From Reclinomonas americana ATCC 50394 (lineage: Eukaryota): a stretch of 48,641 bases of DNA. The notes beneath the pieces were generated by a model, which was not told the origin of the DNA, did not search any database, and saw only the letters and a program-made list of their open reading frames with translations. The DNA lies in NCBI GenBank assembly GCA_048213135.1, contig PS015369.1:39100-87740 (forward strand). Direction: 5' to 3'. The translations under genes and the position numbers were made by a program. How positions within the stretch are numbered: the first letter of the stretch is position 1; each line of letters opens with the position of its first letter. This document shows, piece after piece, positions 29,802 to 41,457 of the stretch.

Positions 29802-31003
29802 GAGAGAGAGACTGCCTTGACTCGGTTCTCTTCTCAGTCTCTCTCATTCACCCACTCACTCTCCTCTCTCTCTCTCTCTCTTTCCCGCTGCGTGCAGATT
29901 CCAGTCTGGCGGCTCGTCTGTGTATCGCCTGCAGTCGAGTGCCATCACCGTCACCGATGCTTCGTCGACGCCCCTCATCTCGTTTGCGGCGCCTCCGATC
30001 CTCAAGTTTGGTCAGGCCAACGTTGTGGTGATTGGATCTGCGGCCCTCAACCTCAACGACTGCTCGAGCTTCAAGTTGGTGGCCGCTGGCCAGTCATGCT
30101 CGTCGACCCCCGACTACTCCACCTTTGCGGATGCCACCGGTGCGTCGCTGTCTCGCAACGGTGCCGATGCATGCATCAACAAGACCGGCTGCCGCCTTTT
30201 CCGTGTGACGATTACTCCGAATGCGTCGACTGGCGGCACTGCGTTGCAGCTGTGCGTGGCGGCCAACAACGGAGCGTATGTGGCGGCCAACGAAGAGTTT
30301 GCGTCGGGCTTCATGGCATTGGCTGGTGGTCAGGATGTTCCGTCGTCGCCGCCGCCGATCCAGACGCAGTCGGCGCACGTGAGCACTCGCGCACTGACAC
30401 AAAAGACGGTGTCGTTCACGTTTCCGCGGCAGTTCCACCGCCGACCTCGACTGTTGGTGGCGTTTGCTGGGTACAACGTGTGCGGGTCTGGCTTTTGCAC
30501 GACCTCTGTGGGCAACCGTGCTGACGAAGCTGCGGACGGCACGTTTGCGTTTTGTGCCGACCCTGTGTTGAGCGTGTCTGGCTTTTTCACACGATGCTAC
30601 GGTGTGGCGTCGACGGCCTTCAGTCCGATGGCGGTTCCCGATGGTGACGGGCCGTCAGTGCTTCTGAGTTGCGTCTTCATCAGACAAGTGGGTTTTGAAT
30701 GGGTTCGACTCGCGTACTTTGTGTGCTCTTCTGTTTGGGATATGCCGCGGCTTGTGACACCTTTTTGAGGAGTCCTTGGTATTCTGGTTAATCACTCACC
30801 GTTGCCTTCTGTTTCTCTCTTTCGCACGTTGCAGACTATCTGGCGTACTATGTGCACCAGACAAATGCGTTCTCGATGGATGGCCAGCGCGCGCTGACCA
30901 GCACGGCATGGACCACGAACTCGATTTCGAAGAACTTCTCCGCTGTGCGTCGTGTGCTCATTGATTTCGTGGCGCATCAGAGATGGAAAGCGGCGCTCAC
31001 TTA

Positions 31004-31042
<39 letters not shown>

Positions 31043-32154
31043 TCTCTCTGTCTCTCCACCAGTTTGTCAGCGTGTCGTCGCAGTACCAGTTCGCGTCGGT
31101 GCCGACCATGCCGGTGGCGCTGATGGGCGTGCAGACGTATCGCCTGCCGGTGAACAGCAGCACTGGATTGGTGCGCAGTGACACGTTTGCGCTGTCGAGC
31201 AGCGTGGCGACGCGGACCAACTTCTCGATCAAGGGAACGGTGACTGGCGACTCTCGTGTCGACGCGCTGTCGTCTCGCTTTGCCGTGGCTCCGGCGCGTC
31301 CCGACGCCACCAACAACAGCGGATTCATCATGCTGGCAGGAGGTGAGAGGCAGATAATTGTTGCAAGTTACAGGTGTCGGGTGAAGGAAACTGACTTTGA
31401 TGCCTTTTGATGGCACACAGAGACGGCGCACACGAGCAGCACACTGCAGCAGACTGTGAGCTTTGTGACGCCGGCGTCGCCGAACGGACTGGTGTTGGCC
31501 ACCATCACCACGCAGCTGTTCCTGCGTGGGTGGAAGTCGGCAGGTACCGGCGCCATCAACCACTTTGTGCTGAACTCGTCCAAGCAGTACATCACGAAGC
31601 AAGTCGGCAACGAGGTGTACGCGACGGGCATGACGTTTTCGACGATGGATCCGGGCGCCAACAACATCACATATGTGACGTGGGCATCGATCGGTCGTGC
31701 AGTGCCTGCGGCGCAGCCGGTGTGCCCCGCGGGTTTCGTCGGCTCGGACTGCAGCCTGTGCACACTGAGTGACGGCACGACTGAATGCTCGCTCGACAAT
31801 CGACGCGTGCTTACATGTGTGTACGGCAAGACGTCTGTGGTGGCCACATGCACCGCCAAGCAGTCGTGTGAGGTGGTGTACGGCACGGCGTCGTGTGTGT
31901 GCACCGGTGCGGCTGACGGCGCGAGCTGTGGAAGCGATGGCGATTGCTGTCATAACAATTGTCAATATGGTACATGCCAACCGGCCTGCGGTGGAATCGA
32001 CGCGTCGTGCACGGCGGACGGGCAGTGCTGTTCATCTCATTGCGTGTATGGGTTCTGTGAGGCGACCTGTGGCGCCGATGGCCACGCATGCGATTTCCAC
32101 ACAGACTGCTGCAGTGATAACTGTGACACTGGCAAGTGTGTGTCGAGCACGTAA
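28160..32154 (+). CDS. Secreted beta-rich protein with H-type-lectin-like segments and C-terminal Cys-knot repeats, 7 exons
   Basis: Signal peptide MSASKTRAPRLLVTLLVLLVALCCHASA; VSFTFPRQFHRRPRLLVAFAG motif; three terminal C-x5-CC-x3-C-x4-C repeats. Confidence 0.65.
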
Positions 32155-33290
32155 GAACTGACATGTCCGGGATCGCCTCGACTCAGCTCGAGCTCTGTGC
32201 TAGCTTTCCCCGTTTTTTTGATTTTGTGTGGCCACTTCATTTACCCCTTCCCAGACCTCCCCACGTTTCTCCACTGTTTTTCTCTTCTCTTGTTCTTTGA
32301 TCTTTTCCCCAACGTCGCTATCTACGTGGCATTGAATGCCCGCATGAATACTGTATTGTGAAGGCTGGGTATTGATGAATGCGAAACATGCGCTACCATC
32401 AGTAGCTGTTCTGCCTTTCACTCGTTGAGCGCTTGGCGTGTGCTCTGGAAGAGCTATCTTGGCGCCATCTCTCGTCGACAGCTGCGTGCACGACATGAAC
32501 AACGCTTCTGATACACAGCGGGTACAGTTGCGTTCAGTGTCGTTGGCAAAACCTCAAGTGTCGCGTTTGCCTGTGACGGCACCGGCCGCGTCATGTGAAT
32601 GGCAAGAGTTGCAGTTTTTCCTGTCAATGCTGGCTGGTTTTTCCGGCGCCATGAGCTGTCTCTGTTTCTGGCTGTGGTCCGCGCGCATGCTGTGCTAGTG
32701 ACCATGGGGACAAAGTGGCTGCAGGAAGTGTGCTGGGCGTGGCGATCATCATGCTTTTGCAGCTTGCTGTGTCATCAAAAACGTTAAACTGCACTTGTTT
32801 TTGTCGAGAGTCCATTGTTTTCGAAATGAATATGTCTCTATGGTATATGCCAACCGACCGTGGAGTAATCGCGGGCTGGCGTATGCGGCTCTACGTTTGC
32901 TATTTTCCCTCGTATCGTCTTGCTCTTTTCTACTTTTTGCGAAGTCCACTTTTTCACCCCTTTCCAGCTCTCCCTCCCTCCCTCTTTTATTCTCTGCTTG
33001 CGGGTTTCTCTTTGCTCCGCAATGAATGCCAGTGAGGGCCGGTCAGCAGCGCTTTTGCCATCAGAACAAGTCAAAAGGAGATCCGAACCCGGGCAAGACA
33101 CACTCTCATGGTTGCCAAAGCTGGAAATTGCGAACATACATTGCTGTGTGTGAGCGCGAGGTACGTGTCTCCTCCCTCGCCTCCCTCCACCGCCCGCCTC
33201 GTGCTCTCTGCCCTCTGTCTCTGTCTCTGTCTCTCTTTCCACACCGCGTCCTCACTGGGAAGTCGCAGTCACGTCAGTTGAGCAACACAC

Positions 33291-36182
33291 ATGTCGCGAC
33301 TCTCCGCCCCAGGTGTGGAGAGCGGAGGATCCGCCGTCGCGAGTGGCGGTGATCAGCAACAGCAGCCCGAGTACCACGAAGTGCGCACATGGCAGACGTT
33401 CTCGCGGCGCAGCGACCGCGGTGCGCTGGGTGACGTGTTGGCGCCGGCGGCCACCACTCATGTGCGTCGCCGCGCCCCTGTCCTGCGCGCCGGCCACGTG
33501 CACACCACTCCCGGCGTGCATGTCGGCCGCCTTTTGCGTGGCGCTATTGGTACAGCGGCCGCCTTCCAATCATATCTGCTTGCGCACTGGGGATTTTTCG
33601 CAGATTTCATTGACGCCTGTCTTCGCGGCATCAGTGAGATCTTCTTCGCCTCCAACCCCATCACGGGACTGGTTATTGTCGTCGCGGCGCTGGCCACACA
33701 GTGGTACATTGGCATCGGCTTGCTCATCGGCGTCTTCTCGGCCACGGTCACCGCGTACGTGTTCGGATTTGACGAGGGATCGCGACGCGCTGGACTGCTC
33801 GGCTACTCGGGCTCGCTGGTCGCCGCCGGCATCTGCCTGTTCACCTTTGGCAGCGGCGCAAACCCATTCCCGCAGCCGTGGATGCTCATTCCGATGGCGT
33901 TCATGTCGGCAGCGGCATGTGTGCTGACTGTGGTCATTGGCTCGTTCTTGTCGGGGCACTTTGGAGTGGCGCCCTTCACGCTGCCCTTCCATCTGTGCAT
34001 GTGGGCCTGGCTGCTGATGTGCCAGCGCTCCGGCTACTTTCACGTCAACGGCACCATTCTGCAGCCAGCCTTGCTACCGCAGCCGACGGTGCTGCCCGAC
34101 GCGCCGCTCGTACCATATGACGTGCCACAGCTGGTGCGCGCCGTCTTCACCTCGGTGTCGCAAGTGATTTTTATTGAGAACCCATACTGCGGGGCGGCCA
34201 TTGTGGTTGGGATGATAGCCTACTCGTGGATCAGTGCCGTGGCCACCGTCGGCGGAGCCGTGGTCGGCGTGTTCGGTGCTCTGGCGCTCGGCGTGCCGGG
34301 TGCGCCCATCTACGCCGGCCTCTGGGGCTACAACCCGTGCCTGGTCGGCATCGCCATCGGCGGCATTTTCTACGTGCCGTACGGCTTCCGGTTCGCTTTC
34401 GTGTGGCTCTTTGCCTGCGGCCTGTCGGTGGTGTTCCACGGCGCCGTCGGCGCGTTCCTCGCGCCCGTCGGCATGCCGGCCCTGACCTTGCCGGCGGCGG
34501 CCACCTGCGTGGCCTTTTGCTTGCTGGCCGGTGCCATGCGCGACGTCACTGCCGTGCAGCTGGCTGCCATTACGGTGCCGGAGGATCACCGCCACCGCTT
34601 TGTCGTGTCGCAGGCGGTCACGCGCCAGCTCGCACTCCTCGGCCACCGGTCGACAAAGAGCAGCAGCAGCCACATTCGCAAGGAGGAGTTGCAGCGCATC
34701 GAGACGCACCTGTTGCCGGCGCTACTGTGCTCACTGGCCTCGGTGGCGAGCTCCCCCAATCCGGCCATTGCGGAGCAGGCGCGGTCGCAGCTGGAGGGTC
34801 TGCTGTCGAGCGGCGCCGACGCCTCGGCCGTTGACTACGATCAGCGCAGTGCGTTGCATGTCGCAGCCTGTGGTGGCAGTGTGCCAGTGGTGGCCACGCT
34901 GTTGCGGCACGGCGCCGAGGCGGACGCCGGCGACATGCTCGAGAGCACGCCACTGTGGGATGCAGTGATTTACCGGCGCACGCAGGTTATCGACGCCCTG
35001 GTGCGCCGTGGTGTACGCCTCACCAACTCGGTGCGCCTTGCCGTCTACGCCTGCTCGGCTGCCGCTCACAACGACGTGTCGACCTTGCGTCTGCTGGTGG
35101 CCGCCGGCTGCTCACCCAGCGTGGCCGACTACGACATGCGATGCCCGTTGCACCTGGCGTGTGCCGAGGGCCGAGTGGAGGCCGTGACGTTCTTGCTCAG
35201 CAAGGGCGCCTCGCTGCGCTCACTGGATCGCTACGGTGACACACCGCGGGCGGCCGCCGTGCGTGCCGGCCACCGCCATATTGTGGACCTGCTCGACCAG
35301 CACAACCCCTCCAGTCCTCGCTTGTTGGCTCCCCAGACACCACCGCCACTCGGTAGTGGCAGTAGCGGCAGCGGCAGCAGCGGTAGCGGCCACATTCATC
35401 ATGCCTCTGCCACGGCGTCACCACCATTGTCGGCGCGTCTACTGGTGCCATCGTCGTCCACGCCAGGCTTCTTGGCGCCGCGGCAGCTCCTCGGCAACAT
35501 TCAGGGCGGTGCTGCTGCTGCGTCGGTGGCGGCGGAGCATGGTGAGCCGGATCCATGGGCCTCCAGTGTCGTGTCGCTCGACGAGTTGCTGCGCATCGTG
35601 CTGTTCTGTGACGCGGCGTCAGAGGACGACACCACCCGCCTGGAGAGTCTGCTGGCGGCGTCGGCGGAGCCTGACCGCATTTTGAATGGAGGCGACTACG
35701 ACGGACGCACGGCCACGCACTTGGCGGCTGCGGAGGGTGCGGAGAACGCGCTGGCGTTTTTGTTGGAGAGCGGCGCCCGCACCAATGTGCGCGATCGCTG
35801 GGGAACGACGCCACTCATCTCGGCCCTGCTGGCCGGTCACACGCACCTGGCGACGGCGCTGCGCAGCAAGGAGGACCCGTCGGCCGCCATGCAGCACTTG
35901 TCGCTCGCCCAGAGCCACTGGCTGGTGCAGATGGTGTGCGACATGGCCTCCAACGGCGACATGAAGCTGCCGTCGCTGTACGAATTCAGCGCCATTCCGC
36001 CCGAGATCGCCGACTATGACGGTCGCACTCCGCTGCACATTGCGTGCTCGTGCGGCAACGGCGACCTGGCGCAGGCACTGGCGCGAGCCGGAGCGCCGCG
36101 CCACATGCGCGATCGGTGGGGCCGGCTGGCGGCCGACGATGCGCAGGATTTGGGTTTGTCGGTGGCCATTGAGATGGCCTGA
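33291..36182 (+). CDS. Urea transporter (UT/SLC14 family) fused to C-terminal ankyrin repeats; single coding exon
   Basis: UT pseudo-repeat motifs SNPITG/GLLGYS/PFTLPF and ENPYCG/GLWGYN/PALTLP with about 10 hydrophobic segments; four DYDxRxxxHxA ankyrin modules; 963-aa uninterrupted ORF. Confidence 0.88.
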   Translation: MSRLSAPGVESGGSAVASGGDQQQQPEYHEVRTWQTFSRRSDRGALGDVLAPAATTHVRRRAPVLRAGHVHTTPGVHVGRLLRGAIGTAAAFQSYLLAHWGFFADFIDACLRGISEIFFASNPITGLVIVVAALATQWYIGIGLLIGVFSATVTAYVFGFDEGSRRAGLLGYSGSLVAAGICLFTFGSGANPFPQPWMLIPMAFMSAAACVLTVVIGSFLSGHFGVAPFTLPFHLCMWAWLLMCQRSGYFHVNGTILQPALLPQPTVLPDAPLVPYDVPQLVRAVFTSVSQVIFIENPYCGAAIVVGMIAYSWISAVATVGGAVVGVFGALALGVPGAPIYAGLWGYNPCLVGIAIGGIFYVPYGFRFAFVWLFACGLSVVFHGAVGAFLAPVGMPALTLPAAATCVAFCLLAGAMRDVTAVQLAAITVPEDHRHRFVVSQAVTRQLALLGHRSTKSSSSHIRKEELQRIETHLLPALLCSLASVASSPNPAIAEQARSQLEGLLSSGADASAVDYDQRSALHVAACGGSVPVVATLLRHGAEADAGDMLESTPLWDAVIYRRTQVIDALVRRGVRLTNSVRLAVYACSAAAHNDVSTLRLLVAAGCSPSVADYDMRCPLHLACAEGRVEAVTFLLSKGASLRSLDRYGDTPRAAAVRAGHRHIVDLLDQHNPSSPRLLAPQTPPPLGSGSSGSGSSGSGHIHHASATASPPLSARLLVPSSSTPGFLAPRQLLGNIQGGAAAASVAAEHGEPDPWASSVVSLDELLRIVLFCDAASEDDTTRLESLLAASAEPDRILNGGDYDGRTATHLAAAEGAENALAFLLESGARTNVRDRWGTTPLISALLAGHTHLATALRSKEDPSAAMQHLSLAQSHWLVQMVCDMASNGDMKLPSLYEFSAIPPEIADYDGRTPLHIACSCGNGDLAQALARAGAPRHMRDRWGRLAADDAQDLGLSVAIEMA

Positions 36183-36760
36183 ACGTGAGAGGAGGAGAAG
36201 GCGACGAGAGTGTCTTGTAAAGGAATGCACCATCAAAGTCAATCTCGGCCGCCTCCTCTGTCGACAGAAATCTGCCCTTGATGGCACCGTGACACGCAAC
36301 CTTGTCGTGATAGTAGACCTCCGCAACTGCGCGTGCGGCAGTGTGTGTGAGGAGAAGCAAGCAGTGATGAGATCATGCACAACTCATCCTTCCATAAGTG
36401 CATTTTCTTTCAGCTGCTCTGCGCATGCACACTCTCCACTCTCCACGCACCTGTGTCGCGCGCCACCAGATGATGCCACCTCTCATGGGTCCTGATCTCG
36501 ACCACTGGAAACTGCCGACCGCGCGTGAGTGAATGTGCACGAAAAACTGGCCGTATGTTTTTTGTAGGACGCCACCAATGTTGCTGCATTTACATGCATG
36601 TTCGTCTGCAGGTTTTCTCCCGTCGACACGCATGCAGGCTTCCTTCCTCACACACAAACACACACTCCACGCGTCCCACAAACCCCATTGTCACCAATGC
36701 AATGCACACGGCAGTTCCGTTACGAGACCGTTCACGCGACGACGCGCGCGTAAGCAACAT

Positions 36761-37491
36761 ATGTCGCGACTTTACATTCTGTTCGCTGTCACCTTGACGC
36801 TGCTGCTGGTCTCGCTGGTGTGCTCCGCCTCTGCCGCCGAGCGCACCGATCGCGAAGCACTGTTGCGCGCGTCTCCCTCTAGATCTTTCCTCGCGATCGC
36901 AGTGCTTCCCACTCACTTTTCGCTGCTTGTTTGCAGTGCTGAGGCGCATGCCGCAGAGAACAAGGTGTGTGTGCACTGCGCGCAGCGACGCGTCGCACAG
37001 CAGCCTCACCACATCATTATGCGCGTCACAGCTCAAGGCGTCGGCAAACAGCGCCGTCGCCAGCATCCAACACCTGGTGCGCAAGGCCGCCAAGGACGCC
37101 CACCACGCAAACGACGTCAGCAAGGTGGTCGAGCGCGCCAAGCGAGCCATCAATAGCAGTGTTGCGGCGTTCACCAGCGCGGCTGCGACGGCCGGTAAGC
37201 CGAAACCCAAGCCCAAGCCCAAGCCCAAGCCGACGCCTCCGCCTACTAGCTAGTACTCCCGGTGGCGGTGGTCCAGTGGAAGCCGACGAGACATTCTCGG
37301 TTCCCGTGAACTACCCACCGGTGTCGTCGTCTGCGATTGATCAGCAGCTGAGGCGTGTGGAGGAGGCGCACCGAACGGCCATCAAGGATCTGGAGAAGCT
37401 CATCAGCAAGGACGCTGCCGCCGGTGCAACGCAGGCCAATAAGGTCGGCCACGGACGCCGTCGCTTCGAGATCACGGATCCGGGAGGATAA
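36761..37491 (+). CDS. Small secreted Ala-rich helical protein of unknown function
   Basis: Signal peptide MSRLYILFAVTLTLLLVSLVCSASA; in-frame introns at 36862 and about 36965; the last junction (37195-37249) is ambiguous. Confidence 0.55.
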
Positions 37492-38205
37492 AACGGGTAC
37501 TGCTGAGAAGAAGAGAAAAAGTGGAATGCACGCGCGCGCCACGACAACAACAATTGCAACAATTGCAACTTCATTCACCAATTACGACGAGAAGCTATCT
37601 TGATGACAGACTCAATAAACTGCGTGAACGAGAGCAAGCAAATGAAGTATGCCCTCGTCTTATTGGTGACAAGTGGAAAACGAGAGATTAAATTAATTAC
37701 GTGTGCGACAATATCGACGGTATCGCTGCACGAACAATACACACAAGGAACCTTCTGCTGCCCTCAAGACTGGTGTCTGCGTTGATGTTTTGTTGAACTT
37801 GGTCGTCAAGACAGCTACAGCTGTTGTACAAGCGCTATATGCAGCTGTGCATGTTCGAATATTAATCCTGCGCGCGATTTAATACATGATCTCACCTCGA
37901 GCTTGCCCGTGCCTTGCTCCATGGCCAAGCTTAAATTAAGGCTCGTTACTGCGATCATGTGCACGTGATCATGAAGGTGGCTCGAGTACTGTACGTACAA
38001 TGCACACAGAAACGGCTTTCTTGTCGGAAAATGTTCAGCGTTCTCGTTGTCACACTCATCAGCAAGCGGAGTTTGCGCCTCACAGTGCCTCACTGGAGAC
38101 ACCACACATGTGCGATGACAAAATGCATGACACGCGCCCGCCCGCGAGTGTCCAAAAACCCTCCACACCTTTCTCTTTCTCTCTCTCCGCAAGGGCATAC
38201 ACACA

Positions 38206-40560
38206 ATGAGTGGCCGCCACTCTCTCTTGGCCTTGCTTCTTCTCTTTGTGCTCACTTTCGTTGTGAGCTCTCCGTCTGCTCCAGTCGCGCACGCGCAGAG
38301 TGTGCTCTTCTTTGATGACTTTACCGGAAGTGCCATTGACATGACTGTTGCGGAAAGAGGAAGAAAGGAGAAGAACAAGAAGAAGAAGAGGAAGAAGAAN
38401 NNNNNNNNNNNNNNNNNNNNNNNNNNNNNNNNNNNNNNNNNNNNNNNNNNNNNNNNNNNNNNNNNNNNNNNNNNNNNNNNNNNNNNNNNNNNNNNNNNNN
38501 NNNNNNNNNNNNNNNNNNNNNNNNNNNNNNNNNNNNNNNNNNNNNNNNNNNNNNNNNNNNNNNNNNNNNNNNNNNNNNNNNNNNNNNNNNNNNNNNNNNN
38601 NNNNNNNNNNNNNNNNNNNNNNNNNNNNNNNNNNNNNNNNNNNNNNNNNNNNNNNNNNNNNNNNNNNNNNNNNNNNNNNNNNNNNNNNNNNNNNNNNNNN
38701 NNNNNNNNNNNNNNNNNNNNNNNNNNNNNNNNNNNNNNNNNNNNNNNNNNNNNNNNNNNNNNNNNNNNNNNNNNNNNNNNNNNNNNNNNNNNNNNNNNNN
38801 CTCTCTCTCTCTCTGTCTCCTCTCAGTCGAAAGTCTGTGTTGCTCGTGGTCACTCCGGCTGCCGAATCCCTATCGCAGCGTCTTTTGTGTCCCTTTGCCT
38901 CCATTTCTCTATCTTGAGTGCTCGTTGGTGGGCAATTCTTCACCTTTGTCTTCCACGCTCACCGCTCCCTTCTCACACAGCACCGGTTCGCTCGACCTGT
39001 GGGGGTCGCAGCCGGCCAACATGTGCACGGGTGGGTGCTCCATCTCGATGAACTGCATCCCTCGCTGTTCCACCCCTCTCACTCCTCACACAGGCAACGC
39101 CTTCTACGGCTGCTCGCGCTCCGCCGCCGCCTCGGGCAACTACCTCAACCCGATCATGGTTCGCCGTTCTGCAATGAAGTTTGATTCATTTCCCCTTGCT
39201 TACTCTTGTTTGCCACTGCCCGCAGTCGGCCCGCCTGCGCACGGCCGAGTCGTTCACCTTCAAGTATGGTCGCGTGGAGATCCGCGCCAAGCTGCCGCGT
39301 GGTGACTGGATGTGGCCGGTGAGTGTGGTCAAAGAATACAGCGTCGATTATCTCTGCTCACCAAGTATTGCAATGGCAGGCCATCTGGCTCCTCCCTGCC
39401 GACAACGCCTATGGAGGTGCGCCTCTCTTGTGTTCTTACTCAAGAGTTCATTATACTCACTTCCATGCCTCTTCCCACAGAGTGGCCGGCTTCTGGAGGT
39501 TTGGATTGCAGGTTTTGACCCTGTTAAATTTCGTCGCACTCACACCGCTCTTCGTCATCGGCAGAGATCGACATTGTCGAGTCGCGCGGCAACGGTGTGA
39601 TGCATTGTTTGCCCCCTCTTCCACTTCACTCGCCGCTCACTCTCCTTGCCTCCTCCCAGATCCGTCGTACCCTCCGGGTGGACGCAACAAGGTGCTTTGC
39701 TGTCTCCGTTGTTGTCTCTCTGTGGCATCGCCGTGTCTTATCTGGTTCTCGCTCGCACTAGTTCGGCTCCACGCTGCACTGGGGACCGTACTACAACCAG
39801 GACAAGTGGCCGATGGTGAGCGGCGAGTGGAGGAGGGTTTGCATTGCCAGTGTGACTGACAGTGACGTGCACACAGACGCACGCCGAGTACACGCTGCCG
39901 TCTGGCGACTTCTCCACGGACTTCCACGTCTTTGGATTGGTGCACACATCTTGCCTTTTGCTTTCCATGTACAACTTTTATCGTTGCTAATATTGATCAA
40001 TGGTGGGCACAGTACTGGAGCGAGACGTGCGTCATACACACTCTTTCGCTGTTTCCCGTTCCCCTTGTCACTCATCACGCGTGACACAGTGAGATTTACA
40101 CGTACATTGACTCGCCGAGCAACCACGTGCTGCACGCGTTCTTCAACAAGAGCCTGTGGGAGCAGGGTGGCTGGGGTCCGAGCTGGGCGAACCCGTGGAC
40201 TGGCCGCGGCAACAATGCGCCGTTCGATCAAAAGGTGCCGTGTGTGTGTGTGATTCTCGCTGCGACGCTGTGCGATTGTCGCTGACCTCGCACGCAGTTC
40301 TACCTGATCTTCAACGTGGCCGTGGGAGGCACGAGCGACTACTTCCCTGACGGATACGGCAAGCCGTGGGCGAACGCGTCACCGACGTCCGTGAACCAGT
40401 TCTACGACGCCAAGGGACAGTGGTACCCGACGTGGTTGGCGGCTGGCGACAGCGTTGCGTTGTGTGTGTCTTGGTGGCGGTATGGAGTTATTTTCGACTC
40501 ACTTCTGCATCACAGGCTGCAATGCAAATCGACTGGGTCCGCGTCACCTCGCTGACTTGA
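38206..40560 (+). CDS. Secreted GH16 beta-1,3-glucanase (beta-glucan recognition protein/laminarinase type), more than 12 small exons, spans a gap
   Basis: Signal peptide; [37 protein letters not shown]; spliced catalytic [37 protein letters not shown]. Confidence 0.9.
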
Positions 40561-41457
40561 TGAGGAAAAGAGGTCACAGCATCTCTTTTCCATTTCTTTT
40601 CAATTTTCTCTTCTCGTCTCTCTCTCCCCCCGTTTCTCCCCGTCCTTCGTCTTGATGAAGTGTGGATTTGTCACATTGCACGTTCCTGCATGCGTTGAGT
40701 TGCTTCTCTCACCTGCTTCAGTCAGCCGTCACAAAACACGAGGTCAACGACCCGAGTCTCTGGCATCGTCGGTGAGTGGCCACCACACATTCCGGGATAG
40801 TGAGTACCCCAACCACATGTGATGAAAGAAAGAAGCCATTGTTGAGTGGACACCGAACAGAGGAGACGAGCGCGGGTGCATTGCTTTGAAGATCGCGCGT
40901 CCATTTTGCGGGCGCTGCAGACTCGTGCATCTTGTGGCTGTCTCTATTGTTTGTTGTTTCCGTGAGAATCGCGAGAGTACTGATTGGTTAGCGGTGGTGA
41001 AGTGGGGGGCACTTGCTGAGGCATTGTGGTTTTGAAATCTCACGATTAAGTGTGTTGCGTGTGCCGCAGGCGATGTGCGGAGAAGTGCTCGGTGGCCTCT
41101 GCAGAGTCGACGATGCCCTGCGCCTTGATGATAAGTCCCTGAAAGGGAAAATGACTGTTGGAGAAGATTATCTATATGTTGTATATTGTTGGTGTGCCAA
41201 GGTCATTGTCGGCAAGGAATTTGTGGGCATTTGTCGCATGATTGCAATGTGGTGAATGTCTCCCGAGTCGACAATGTTCGCGCCGATCGAGGCGCTCACC
41301 AAGCCGGATGAGCATGCTGGGGAGCCAGAACTTGGACGAGAAAGGGACGACTGGGGGAGCACACACGGAGCGCGACAAGTGATGGAAACAAGTTGCTTGT
41401 GACAGCAGTTTGACGGCTCTGTAGGAGAGCATGACGCAAAAAATTCTACCGCCCTCT

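Noticed and set aside
32200-33290. Short ORFs upstream of the urea transporter, and at 40700-41450
   Set aside because: No recognisable motifs or consistent exon chain; probably UTR or intergenic.
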